Below, piece after piece: positions 33,077 through 42,262 of a stretch of 44,747 nucleotides of DNA. The notes beneath the pieces are model-generated. The model was not told the origin of the DNA. It saw only the letters and a list, made by a program, of their open reading frames with translations, and did not search any database. The stretch is taken from positions 1-44,747 of the forward strand of contig JBEEHO010000087.1 of NCBI GenBank assembly GCA_041167425.1, given 5' to 3'. The position numbers were made by a program, and so were the translations under genes. The stretch is from Verrucomicrobiota bacterium (lineage in GTDB: Bacteria; Verrucomicrobiota; Verrucomicrobiia; Chthoniobacterales; UBA10450). Each line of letters opens with the position of its first letter. Within the stretch, counting starts at the first letter, position 1.

Positions 33077-33745
33077 ATGAAGGAGAAAACAGAGCGCGAG
33101 AAGACGCTGACGATTAATGAGATCTATCACTCGATCCAGGGTGAGAGCACCTGGGCGGGAGAGCCGTGCGTTTTTGTGCGCCTCACTTTTTGCGATCTGC
33201 GTTGCACTTATTGCGATACGGAATACGCGTTTTACGAGGGGAAAAAACAGACGCTCGACGAGATCGTGACGGCGGTGGCGGCGTTGCAATGCCCGCTCGT
33301 CGAGATCACCGGCGGCGAACCGCTTCTGCAGAAAAATGTGCTGCCTCTCATGACGATGCTCGCGGATGCGGGCCAGACGGTTTTGCTCGAGACAAGCGGC
33401 GCGCACGATATTTCGTCAGTCGATCCGCGCGTGCATCGGATCATGGATTTGAAGACACCGGGAAGTGGTGAAAGCGCGCGCAATCTTTTCTCGAACATCG
33501 AGCATCTCACCCAGCGTGATGAAGTGAAGTTCGTCATCGGCTCGCGCGAAGATTACGAATGGTCGCGGGACCAGGTTGAGCGCCAGGCGCTGGCGCAACG
33601 TTGCCGCGCGGCGCTGTTTTCGCCGATCTTTGGAAGAATCGATCCGCGCGAGATCGTGGAGTGGATCCTGGCGGACAGGCTGCCGGTCCGCTTCCAGTTG
33701 CAGATGCACAAGTTCATCTGGACGCCAACGAAGCGGGGCGTGTAG
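33077..33745 (+). CDS. queE: 7-carboxy-7-deazaguanine synthase (radical SAM)
   Basis: …IYHSIQGES…, a CxxxCxxC cluster (CDLRCTYCDTEY) and the length match QueE. Confidence 0.9.
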   Translation: MKEKTEREKTLTINEIYHSIQGESTWAGEPCVFVRLTFCDLRCTYCDTEYAFYEGKKQTLDEIVTAVAALQCPLVEITGGEPLLQKNVLPLMTMLADAGQTVLLETSGAHDISSVDPRVHRIMDLKTPGSGESARNLFSNIEHLTQRDEVKFVIGSREDYEWSRDQVERQALAQRCRAALFSPIFGRIDPREIVEWILADRLPVRFQLQMHKFIWTPTKRGV

Positions 33746-33753
33746 CGGCGCGT

Positions 33754-33920
33754 GTCATCCGGAGCCGCGCAGACGGCGAGGGACCTCACAGTCGCTCCAG
33801 GGTTACACTGAAAAAAGTCGACAGATTCGACAGTTGCAGCTTCGTGGAACGCGAGAGCGGATCAGGGTGCTTTGGTTTGCGACTGTGAGGTCCCTCGCCG
33901 TCTGCGCGGCTCGGGATGAC
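33754..33920. repeat. family B palindromic element, copy 2
   Basis: GTCATCCGGAGCCGCGCAGACGGCGAGGGACCTCACAG (left) and CTGTGAGGTCCCTCGCCGTCTGCGCGGCTCGGGATGAC (right, ending at 33920). It lies between queE and queD. Confidence 0.8.
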
Positions 33921-33951
33921 ACGCGTGAAGAGCAATGCGAGCTTGGCCGCA

Positions 33952-34314
33952 ATGCGCGTTCGTCTGACCAAAGACTTCACTTTCGAGGCAGCGCAAACTT
34001 TGCCGAAGGCACCCGAAGGCCACAAGTGCCGGCGGATGCACGGGCACAGTTTCAAAGTTGAGATCTCGGTGGAAGGCGAGGTCGATCCGGCGACGGGCTG
34101 GTTCTACGATCACGCTGTAATTGGCACAGCCATGAAACCGCTCGTGCAGCAACTCGATCACGCTTATCTCAACGAAATCGCCGGGCTCGAGAACCCGACG
34201 ATCGAAAACATGGCCGCGTGGTTCTGGGAGAAACTGCATCCGCTTTGCCCCGGCCTTTGCGAAATCGTGGTGCACGAGACGCCGACGGCGCGTTGCGTTT
34301 ACCGCGGCGAATAG
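33952..34314 (+). CDS. queD: 6-carboxytetrahydropterin synthase
   Basis: MRVRLTKDFTFEAAQTLPKAPEGHKCRRMHGHSF… matches the QueD N-terminus and Zn-ligand motif. The track start at 33916 lies in repeat B2. Confidence 0.9.
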   Translation: MRVRLTKDFTFEAAQTLPKAPEGHKCRRMHGHSFKVEISVEGEVDPATGWFYDHAVIGTAMKPLVQQLDHAYLNEIAGLENPTIENMAAWFWEKLHPLCPGLCEIVVHETPTARCVYRGE

Positions 34315-34321
34315 CTCGCGT

Positions 34322-34398
34322 TGTAGCCACGGCCCTATGGACCGTCCAAGCCAAGCGTAGCGACAGCGAGAACAACGGCCCGCAGGGCCGCGGCTACA
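34322..34398. repeat. family C palindromic element, copy 2
   Basis: TGTAGCCACGGCCCT … GGCCCGCAGGGCCGCGGCTACA, between the convergent queD and HAD genes. Confidence 0.75.
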
Positions 34399-34409
34399 AC
34401 AAACCGATG

Positions 34410-35291
34410 CTAATGCTTCGGGGCCCGGACGGTGCCGGTCTCCACCGCGGAGCGGCGCTGTTCCACGATCCGATCGGCGATTTCCTCGACCATTTGCTCG
34501 AGCAACATGCGCAGATGGGTGTTAGCCCGGTAATCAGCCGGCGCAATGTGCTTCACCCGATCGGCGTGCGAGGAAAGTTGATAGCATTTCTTGAAACCAA
34601 TTCGAGCGGGATCGTCGGGATTGTAAACCGCGATGGCCTCACCGCCGTTTTTCTTCATCACGGTGAAACAAGGCACGTCCGTCGGACCGTCGCCCACGTA
34701 AATCATGTTCGGAAACGGCACCGGACGGATCTCGGCGTCCATGTGATCGTTCACATCCTGCGCCATATCGAGGAGGCCTTTGTTGATGCGAAAGAGATAC
34801 TGCGTTTTCTGGGTGTGACTGATGACACGCTTCGGAAACGTGATGCGGTCCTGTTCATCAACGTCGAACTCGCAGCCGAAAATCGCGCGCACGTACGGCT
34901 GCAACCGGCTGCCATCGATCAAAATCTTCAGGCCGGATGAAATGATGTAATGCTCGACCGAAATCCCATGCGCGACCTGTTCTTCATTGAGCAGACCATC
35001 GCGAAAATCCTCGAACATTTCCGGGATGCCTTTGTAGAAATTAAGTTTCTGGCCTAACGACTTCAAGGCGGCATTGGTCGGCCGATCCATCCCGAGCGTG
35101 TCGAGGAGGACCTTCATGTAGGCCAGTTCGTTGTCGTAGCCGTTATCACGAACCAGTTCGGAGCATCGCCGCCAAAAACTTTCGGGATTGATTCCAAAAG
35201 CGGGGAAAACCGTCTCGTCCTGCATGTAGCTCGGACTAAGGGTCTGGTCGTAATCGTAGACGATCGCGATGGTGTTTTGAGGCGTGGACAC
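34410..35291 (-). CDS. HAD-superfamily hydrolase-like protein
   Basis: Motif I (VYDYDQT, DxDxT), an SSG segment and motif IV (YVGDGPTDVPCF). No signal peptide. Confidence 0.65.
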   Translation of the reverse strand: MSTPQNTIAIVYDYDQTLSPSYMQDETVFPAFGINPESFWRRCSELVRDNGYDNELAYMKVLLDTLGMDRPTNAALKSLGQKLNFYKGIPEMFEDFRDGLLNEEQVAHGISVEHYIISSGLKILIDGSRLQPYVRAIFGCEFDVDEQDRITFPKRVISHTQKTQYLFRINKGLLDMAQDVNDHMDAEIRPVPFPNMIYVGDGPTDVPCFTVMKKNGGEAIAVYNPDDPARIGFKKCYQLSSHADRVKHIAPADYRANTHLRMLLEQMVEEIADRIVEQRRSAVETGTVRAPKH

Positions 35292-35315
35292 GGCAACGAA
35301 GAACGAATCAGCGAA

Positions 35316-35963
35316 TCAGTGATTTAGCGAATGGTTATTCGCTCCGAGCCGCGCCACGAAATCGGCAAAGAGCGGCGCGTAACTTTCACCGCGCTCAGGA
35401 TGATACTGGACGGCGAGGGCGAAGGGATAATCGCGCAGCCGCATCTGCTCGATGACGTCGTCGTTCTTACACCACGCTTCCACTTCGAGACCGTCCCCCA
35501 AACGATCGACCGCCTGGTGATGCGAGCTGTTCACTTTGTCGAGACGGTGAGTCGCGGCGCGCTCGGTGCGCAAAGGCTGCACGTTGTGATCGCGCATTTC
35601 CGGCGCGTTATGTCCAGGGATGTCGAGATGCAGAGTGCCGCCGAGCGCGACGTTGAAGAGCTGCATTCCCTTGCAGATGGCAAAAATCGGCAAATGGCGC
35701 GCGAGCGCGGCCCTGGTCGCGGCAAATTCCCAGCGATCACGGTTCGCGTCGACATCCTGGTCGAGGATCGATGGATCGGGCACCGGCTGTTTCAAAAATT
35801 CCGGCGCGATATCGGGACCGCCGGTGAGGAGGAGGCCATCCATTTTTTCCAGCGGAACCTCGCCCTGCGCTGCATTCCAGAGACGCACCTCGGGATGCTT
35901 CGCAAAGGCGCGATGAAACCACTTCTCATCCTTGGGGCGAATCCAGGTAGCTACATTGAGCAT
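35316..35963 (-). CDS. class I glutamine amidotransferase / peptidase C26 (gamma-glutamyl hydrolase, PuuD-like)
   Basis: Nucleophile elbow AICKGMQLFNVALGGTL and the QYHPE His-Glu motif. Confidence 0.85.
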   Translation of the reverse strand: MLNVATWIRPKDEKWFHRAFAKHPEVRLWNAAQGEVPLEKMDGLLLTGGPDIAPEFLKQPVPDPSILDQDVDANRDRWEFAATRAALARHLPIFAICKGMQLFNVALGGTLHLDIPGHNAPEMRDHNVQPLRTERAATHRLDKVNSSHHQAVDRLGDGLEVEAWCKNDDVIEQMRLRDYPFALAVQYHPERGESYAPLFADFVARLGANNHSLNH

Positions 35964-36011
35964 GGCGGACTTTGCGACCCATCATCTCCGTTGTAAATAG
36001 CAGCCGCCATC

Positions 36012-36863
36012 ATGGACGAACCACAGAAGAGCGAGATGCTGCGGCGCGCGTGTGATGACATCATGCGCGAGAGCAAGGCCGTGGCTTACGCGGTGGCGCT
36101 GCTCGATTACGAGACCGGGTTTCGCTTTGCTGTTAACGCGGACCGGCGCTTTCACGCCGCCAGCACGATCAAGGTGGCGATTCTGCTCGCAGTCTGCAAA
36201 GCGATGGATGAAGGAAAATTTCGCGCGGATGACACGCTCCACGTCCGAAACCGTTTCCTGAGCGCGGTCGATCAAACACCGTTCCGGCTCGAGGCGGAAT
36301 CGGACGGTTATCCGCAGCTCTATCGCGCGATTGGACGAACGGCGAAAATTTCCGACCTGACGGAGTGGATGATTGTTTCCAGCAGCAACCTCGCGACGAA
36401 TCTCCTGCTCGATTACGTCACGGTTGACGAGGCCCTGAAAGTTCTGCGCGATGCCGGCGTCAACGGCGTCGATCTTCGCCGTGGCGTCGACGATACGAAG
36501 GCGCACGAGCAAAACCTGAACAACGAAACGACTGCGCAGGGCCTGCTCGATCTCTTCGCCGCATTGCGCGGCGATTTCCTGTCGAAAACGAGCCGCGATC
36601 TCGCGATCAACATTCTCTTACAGCAACGCTTCAACTCGATGATCCCCGCCCCGCTTCCGGCCCACGCCAGCGTGGCGCACAAGACAGGCGAAATATCCAC
36701 GGCCTGTCACGACGCCGGCATCGTTTATCTTCCGGAGCGCGAGCCCTACCTTCTCGCCGTGCTCACGGAAGTTGAATCGGATACCAATGGACGCCGCGAA
36801 GCGATCGCGAAAATTTCCGACGCGGTCTTTCGATGCCTGACGGGATTGGAGCCGAAAACATGA
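36012..36863 (+). CDS. cytoplasmic class-A beta-lactamase-fold serine hydrolase
   Basis: SxxK (ASTIK), SxN (SSSN) and KTG (HKTGE) motifs in class-A order and spacing. No signal peptide. Confidence 0.8.
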   Translation: MDEPQKSEMLRRACDDIMRESKAVAYAVALLDYETGFRFAVNADRRFHAASTIKVAILLAVCKAMDEGKFRADDTLHVRNRFLSAVDQTPFRLEAESDGYPQLYRAIGRTAKISDLTEWMIVSSSNLATNLLLDYVTVDEALKVLRDAGVNGVDLRRGVDDTKAHEQNLNNETTAQGLLDLFAALRGDFLSKTSRDLAINILLQQRFNSMIPAPLPAHASVAHKTGEISTACHDAGIVYLPEREPYLLAVLTEVESDTNGRREAIAKISDAVFRCLTGLEPKT

Positions 36864-37444
36864 CCACTCCGAATGATTTGCGCCCGGTCGACGGATTCAA
36901 CCTCTCCGCGGAACATCGAGCGGCTTTGCGGCCGGGCGAAGCGGTCGCCGACGAGGCCGGCAACATTCATCATCTGCCGCGATTTTTCTTCGAGGTGCCG
37001 AGCTGGGAGGAAGCGCATTCGCTGCGCGTCGCCACCCATTTTAATCTTTCGGAGTTGATGACGGTCGATTCCCGCGAAGCGGCGCTGCTCCTGCGCACCT
37101 TTCCTCATTATGTGCCGTGCGCGATTCTGGCGCTCGCCCGTTATCTCGAAGATCTCCGCCGGGAAGTCGACGCGCCGGTGTTCGTCGGCGCGAATGGCGG
37201 CTATCGATCGCCCGCACATCGTTTGAACAAAGTTCCGAGTGTGCACAATTGGGGGACGGCCGCGGACGTTTATCGTATCGGCGACAGCTATCTCGATAAC
37301 GAGAAATCCATCGAGCGCTTTGGCCGCATCGCTGCTTCGCTCGGCGCGGAAGTTTCCGTCCGTTCCTATCAGCCCGGGGACGACCATCTGCAGGTGGATC
37401 TTGGTTATCTCACTCTGGTTCCCCGCGAATGCAGCGAAATCTAA
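36860..37444 (+). CDS. LAS/M15-family zinc peptidase (D-Ala-D-Ala carboxypeptidase-like fold)
   Basis: GGYRSPAHRLN…SVHNWGTAADV (H-x6-D) plus a distal DDHLQVD His. The ATG at 36860 overlaps the upstream stop (ATGA). Confidence 0.7.
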   Translation: MTTPNDLRPVDGFNLSAEHRAALRPGEAVADEAGNIHHLPRFFFEVPSWEEAHSLRVATHFNLSELMTVDSREAALLLRTFPHYVPCAILALARYLEDLRREVDAPVFVGANGGYRSPAHRLNKVPSVHNWGTAADVYRIGDSYLDNEKSIERFGRIAASLGAEVSVRSYQPGDDHLQVDLGYLTLVPRECSEI

Positions 37445-38634
37445 AAGACGAATCCAAGGCTGGATCGCAGCTCCATCTTCCGCCGCCGCGCCCGGTCATG
37501 GGTTTGGAATCGGAGTTCTCGCTTTTCATCGATGACGTGCAGCGGCGTCCGGAAGAAGTTTTCGGCACGCCGCAGAAACTCGTCCGGAAGCGAATGATCC
37601 CGCGGACGGGTCGATCCTTTCAACTTCCCGCGGGCGGCGCCATTTACTTCGATACCGGCGTGATCGAGGTCGCGACTCCGATTGTGGAACTGGAACCGGG
37701 CTGCTGCTATCGCGCGACCCGGTTGCTTTGGGAACAGATCCAATATGTGCGGAAAGAACTCGATGCGTGGAGCGCGAAGAATGGTCTTCGTGCGCGCCTG
37801 CAAGGTTTCAGCACGCATTACAATTTATCGTTCCGCAACCCGGGCGGGACGCCCGCGAGAACACTCACCAAACTCTCTCACCTGCTCGCGCACGCGCTGC
37901 CGGCGCCGTTGATTTTGCTGGCCGCGAATCGCAAGAGCACCGCGATCGGGGTTCGGCCCCGCCACGAACGGATCGAAGTGACGGCGGACTTCACGCCGGA
38001 CGCAACGCTGATGCTGGCGAGCTGCGCGTTCATTGCCGGCGCGGTCGAGACGATGCGGACATGGCCGAGCTACGAACTGACGCAGCTGGAGGCTCATCGC
38101 ATTCCGCGTCCGCGAACCTTCCAATTGAAAAAACATTCTTCCCGGCGTGGCTGGCGCGTCCTGGCCTCGTCCCTCGCTCGCAATCCATTTACCTGCGACG
38201 TGAACGAACCTTCCTGGACACTGCGCGACGGCCGCAGGCTGAGTTGGCGGGCGATTGCGGCGGAAACACTCGCGCCCTTCCAAAAAAATATCCGGCACTT
38301 GAGTGACGCGGAGACGTTTCAACACATCGAGGCAGTGCTCGATGGTGATGCCCGTTCTCTCCTCGATTTTCCCGACAGGCCGAAGTCGTATGAGGATGCC
38401 GGACGCGACCTGGACTGGAACCGGCGTCGGTTGCGGCGCTGGCCGCAGTCAGCCTACGAGAAGGTGATTCATCGCGTGATCGCGCATGAGTCGATCCTGA
38501 TTAATGCAAAGCGCTATCGGCCGGAGCGGATGCGGGGTTGGTATGAAATCGTGTTTCGGGAAACGAAAACCGGCGCACGCCACATCTTCAACCTGGATTA
38601 CCTGGCGAAAATTTTCGCTGTGAAAAAACGATAG
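37429..38634 (+). CDS. uncharacterised protein with glutamine-synthetase/GCS2/PafA-like carboxylate-amine ligase motifs
   Basis: Long clean ORF. It carries MGLESEFSLF, LPAGGAIYFDTGVIEVATP and GFSTHYNLS, which resemble the acidic beta-strand motifs of GS-fold ligases. Start is ATG 37429 (16-nt overlap with the upstream gene) or 37498. Coding status is likely; the function is tentative. Confidence 0.55.
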   Translation: MQRNLKDESKAGSQLHLPPPRPVMGLESEFSLFIDDVQRRPEEVFGTPQKLVRKRMIPRTGRSFQLPAGGAIYFDTGVIEVATPIVELEPGCCYRATRLLWEQIQYVRKELDAWSAKNGLRARLQGFSTHYNLSFRNPGGTPARTLTKLSHLLAHALPAPLILLAANRKSTAIGVRPRHERIEVTADFTPDATLMLASCAFIAGAVETMRTWPSYELTQLEAHRIPRPRTFQLKKHSSRRGWRVLASSLARNPFTCDVNEPSWTLRDGRRLSWRAIAAETLAPFQKNIRHLSDAETFQHIEAVLDGDARSLLDFPDRPKSYEDAGRDLDWNRRRLRRWPQSAYEKVIHRVIAHESILINAKRYRPERMRGWYEIVFRETKTGARHIFNLDYLAKIFAVKKR

Positions 38635-38673
38635 AAGCTTCGGAGTAACGCGAGCAACTCCAATCGCGCCTGG

Positions 38674-39051
38674 TTATTTATCCCTGAACCAGGTGACGTC
38701 CGAGGCGACGTTTTCGTCATGCATCAGATCGGCGCCGGACGCGTAGGAAACGATGCGCATTTTTTCTCCGGCGCACGAGACCTGAAGGAATTTTCCCATG
38801 CCGTTCACCTGGCCCGCGGCGGTAATTTGCAGCTGAAAGGGCTGGCCGTCAGTGGCCCGGGTAATATCGCGATAAGGCAATGGCTTGTCCTCGCCGAATT
38901 GCAGGATCTTCGCGGTTATTACGAGTGCCTCGCCGCGGCCATTGGACCATTCCCCGAGGTAAGGAAGCGCGGACGCCTGCGCCGATGGAACAAGCAGGGA
39001 GACGGCGCCAATCAACGCGAGGAAGGTCAGGATGCGAATCGATGATTTCAT
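38674..39051 (-). CDS. small secreted hypothetical protein
   Basis: Signal peptide MKSSIRILTFLALIGAVSLLVPSAQA, using the ATG at 39051. Confidence 0.5.
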   Translation of the reverse strand: MKSSIRILTFLALIGAVSLLVPSAQASALPYLGEWSNGRGEALVITAKILQFGEDKPLPYRDITRATDGQPFQLQITAAGQVNGMGKFLQVSCAGEKMRIVSYASGADLMHDENVASDVTWFRDK

Positions 39052-39106
39052 GAGGGCGCTGGTTGAATGTTCAGCCGGCCGCAAATAACTGCAACGAAGC
39101 CCACCC

Positions 39107-40840
39107 CTACAAGCCCATCAGTTCACGCACGTATTTTACCGGCGGGCTGCCAAAGGAAATGACCGTGTCGTTATACTTCTTGAGATCGAACCTGGCGCCA
39201 TCGCGCGCCTTGGCCTGCTCGCGCAACGCCAGATGCTCGGTCACGCCGACAAAATAAGTGGAGAGCTGGGAGGAGCTCAGACGCGCGCGTTTCCACTTCG
39301 CGACCGCTTCGCCTTCCTGCTGAAATCCCTCTTTCATCATCACATCGAGCGCTTCCTGCTCGCTCATGTTCCCAGCGTGGATCGATTGATCGATGATGGC
39401 GTTGCAGATCACCCGCAGCCGCATCTTGAGCTGCTCCATTTTCACTTCCGGCCCGCCATAACCCGCTTCGGCCATGACCTGCTCGCCGTAAACCGCCCAG
39501 CCTTCGATAAAGGTGCCGCTCTGGAAAATCGCGCGCACCAAAGTCGGCGCGCGGAATTCATTCGAATGCGCAAGCTGCAAATAATGCCCCGGCATCGCCT
39601 CGTGGACGGTGAGGTCTCGCACCATATAGTTGTTATATTCCCGGAAGAACGAATCTTTGCGCTGCTGGTTCCAGTCGTTAGGCGTGGGTGCAACCGCAAA
39701 GAAAGTCTTGCCGTTCTTCTCCAGCGGTCCCGGTGAATCGCAGTAGGCGATCGCCTGCCCGCGCTTGAACTCCGGCATGACAATGACATCGAGCGGGGTC
39801 GCCGGGACCGACACCAGATTTTTTGCCCTGACGAAATCGGTCGCTTCCTTCACCACTTTTTGGGTGTCCCCTACGATCGTCTGGTCGCTGGGATGCTGCT
39901 CGGCCAGTTTGTCGAGCACCGCAGTCGTGACCTTCTTCCGATCGTCCAGCGTGGCCTGGTCCGCATTCGGAAAATATTTTTGGTAAAGAGGAAGCGCCGT
40001 TTCGTAGATCGCTTTCTGGGTCTGCTCGAGATCGGCCCGCGCCGCCTTCATCAAATCTTCCATCGACATGTCGGAAGCGAGGGCGAAGCGGAGTTTTTTC
40101 CGGAACTTGTCCGCGCCGATCCGGAAATCGCCGGTCGAGCGCGGAAGCAGATCGTTTTGGAGCCACGTCTTGTAATCGTTCAAGGCAGCCATTGCCTTCT
40201 CCTGCGCGGGCCCCAGCTGGGCCTTTGCTTTCGGCGCTTTATCGAGCGTCTCGTTGAGGCCTTCCTTGATGAGCGAAATCGCGCCCTGCGTTTGCTCGAT
40301 CGCGGTCTCGGTGTAAACCCGCGGCGGATTTTTCAGGTTTGCTTTTGCCTGCGCGATCACGCCTGGAATTTTCTCCAGGCGCGCCCGCAGACCAGCCGCG
40401 CGCTGCTCGGCGGGAGCGAAATCGCGCGCCACCAGAAGATAGAGACTGTTCGCGAGGCTCTGATTATAAAGGAGCGGATTCCATTCACGCTCCTTCAATT
40501 CCTCGAGGTCGAAAATTTCGTTGTCGATGCTGTCCTTGAGAAGACGCACGTCGACTCGGTTCGGGCCGGTTAGCCTGGTCAGGTCGCTAAATTGTTCCAG
40601 TTGTTTCCGCGCCTCCTTCGCGCGGGCGAGTTCCCTGGCGACAGTGTCGTCGGAATAATCCGTAAGCCGGTCATCGAACCGGTGGTCGCCCAGCTCCGTG
40701 GCGTATTCCGGATGGGATTGGAGCATCCCTTCGATGTAATCCTTCGCCAGCTTCTGAAACCGGTCGTCCTCCGGGGTGGCGAGCGCCGGAGCGAGGGAAA
40801 GGAACAACAACCCGGCAAAGGCGGCAGAAGATACTTTCAT
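39107..40840 (-). CDS. DUF885-family protein (putative metallopeptidase-like)
   Basis: Signal peptide MKVSSAAFAGLLFLSLAPALA and the family hallmark HEAMPGHYLQ. The start is 7 nt downstream of the POT transporter stop. Confidence 0.85.
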   Translation of the reverse strand: MKVSSAAFAGLLFLSLAPALATPEDDRFQKLAKDYIEGMLQSHPEYATELGDHRFDDRLTDYSDDTVARELARAKEARKQLEQFSDLTRLTGPNRVDVRLLKDSIDNEIFDLEELKEREWNPLLYNQSLANSLYLLVARDFAPAEQRAAGLRARLEKIPGVIAQAKANLKNPPRVYTETAIEQTQGAISLIKEGLNETLDKAPKAKAQLGPAQEKAMAALNDYKTWLQNDLLPRSTGDFRIGADKFRKKLRFALASDMSMEDLMKAARADLEQTQKAIYETALPLYQKYFPNADQATLDDRKKVTTAVLDKLAEQHPSDQTIVGDTQKVVKEATDFVRAKNLVSVPATPLDVIVMPEFKRGQAIAYCDSPGPLEKNGKTFFAVAPTPNDWNQQRKDSFFREYNNYMVRDLTVHEAMPGHYLQLAHSNEFRAPTLVRAIFQSGTFIEGWAVYGEQVMAEAGYGGPEVKMEQLKMRLRVICNAIIDQSIHAGNMSEQEALDVMMKEGFQQEGEAVAKWKRARLSSSQLSTYFVGVTEHLALREQAKARDGARFDLKKYNDTVISFGSPPVKYVRELMGL

Positions 40841-40847
40841 GACAAAT

Positions 40848-42245
40848 TTACGGCATGCCGACTTCCGTCGCCGCCTCCGGAGCCAGTTCTTCGAGTGGCA
40901 CATCCTGCGACTGCAGGTAGGTTCTGCCCCGGTAGAAGCTCGCCACGAAAACGAAAATGACCGCAGCCACCAGCATCAGCCCGGCAAAGAAGAGAAAGTA
41001 TTGCTGGTCGTTCATCTTCACTGTTCCGTCCGCGTTACGAATGAAATAATTGACGCCGGCAGTGAAGAGGTTGCCCATCGAAACGGTAAAGAGCCAAAGG
41101 GCCATGACCGCGCTTTTCATTTTGTTCGGCGCCTGGGTGTAGGAAAATTCGAGCCCGGTGATTGAGACCATGGCTTCGCCCAGGGTGAGAATCACATAGG
41201 CGAGGAACTGCCAGTTCACGCTCGGTTTTCCACCGGCATCGATCAGGCGCTGGATGTGCCAGATGACGACATAGCTCGCGGCCGTGAGAAAGAGGCCGAT
41301 GCCGATCTTACGCAAGGGAGTGAGCGGGAAAAACCGGCTGATCAACGGGTAGAGCCCGTAGTTCACGATGGGAATGAAGATCAGGATCAGGATCGGATTG
41401 GCGGTCTGAACCTGCGAGGCGATCAGGTTCATCCCGAACCAATGCAGGTCCATCTTCTGCGCCTGCAGCGTCCAGGAGCCACCGCTGCTTTGGTCCCAGA
41501 GCGACCAGAAGACCGCAACGAAAACATAGACCACCGCGAGCCGCAGAAGAGCGCCCATCCCTTCCCGGCTGAACATCTGTTTGAGAAAACCGAGGCCAGC
41601 GGGCGGAATATGAACAAATTTTTTGCGGCCGGCCCAAAAGAAAATCGTTGCGATCACCATGGCCACGCCGGGGATGCCGAAGGCCCAGCGAGGCCCGAAG
41701 CGCGGATCGGCCAGGAGAAACGGACACGCAATGGTGGAAATGAACGAGCCGGCGTTGATCGAGAAATAAAACCAGCCAAAAGTTTTCGAAAGGAGGTGCT
41801 TGTTCGACTCGCCGAATTGATCGCCGACGTTGGCGGAAACGCAGGGTTTGATGCCGCCGGAACCGAAGGAGATGAGGCCAAGGCCGAGGAGCAAGCCCAT
41901 CCGGGTGTCGTTGAGCGCAAGGGCGAAATGCCCGAAGCAGTAAACGATCGAGAGCCAGAAAATCGTCTGATATTTTCCGATGAAACCCTCGGCGAGAATT
42001 GCTCCGAAAATCGGGAGAAAATAAACGGCCGAAACGAAAAGGGCGAAGTTTTGCCGCGCTTCGGCCGGCCCCATGTGGTCGCTTGCTCCAGAACTCGTGA
42101 CCAAATATTGGGTCATGAAAACGATCAGGATCGATCGCATTCCATAGAACGAGAAGCGTTCGGCCGCTTCGTTCCCGATAATGAACGGGACGCCCGGCGG
42201 CATCGTGGAGATGTTCGGAGGCTTGGTCGCGTATTGGTAGGCCAT
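40848..42245 (-). CDS. dtpT: proton-dependent oligopeptide transporter (POT/PTR2 family)
   Basis: PTR2 signatures (GNEAAERFSFYGMRSILIVFM; FGAILAEGFIGKY) and about 12 TM segments. Confidence 0.9.
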   Translation of the reverse strand: MAYQYATKPPNISTMPPGVPFIIGNEAAERFSFYGMRSILIVFMTQYLVTSSGASDHMGPAEARQNFALFVSAVYFLPIFGAILAEGFIGKYQTIFWLSIVYCFGHFALALNDTRMGLLLGLGLISFGSGGIKPCVSANVGDQFGESNKHLLSKTFGWFYFSINAGSFISTIACPFLLADPRFGPRWAFGIPGVAMVIATIFFWAGRKKFVHIPPAGLGFLKQMFSREGMGALLRLAVVYVFVAVFWSLWDQSSGGSWTLQAQKMDLHWFGMNLIASQVQTANPILILIFIPIVNYGLYPLISRFFPLTPLRKIGIGLFLTAASYVVIWHIQRLIDAGGKPSVNWQFLAYVILTLGEAMVSITGLEFSYTQAPNKMKSAVMALWLFTVSMGNLFTAGVNYFIRNADGTVKMNDQQYFLFFAGLMLVAAVIFVFVASFYRGRTYLQSQDVPLEELAPEAATEVGMP

Positions 42246-42262
42246 GCGTCGGTCCTGTCTGC

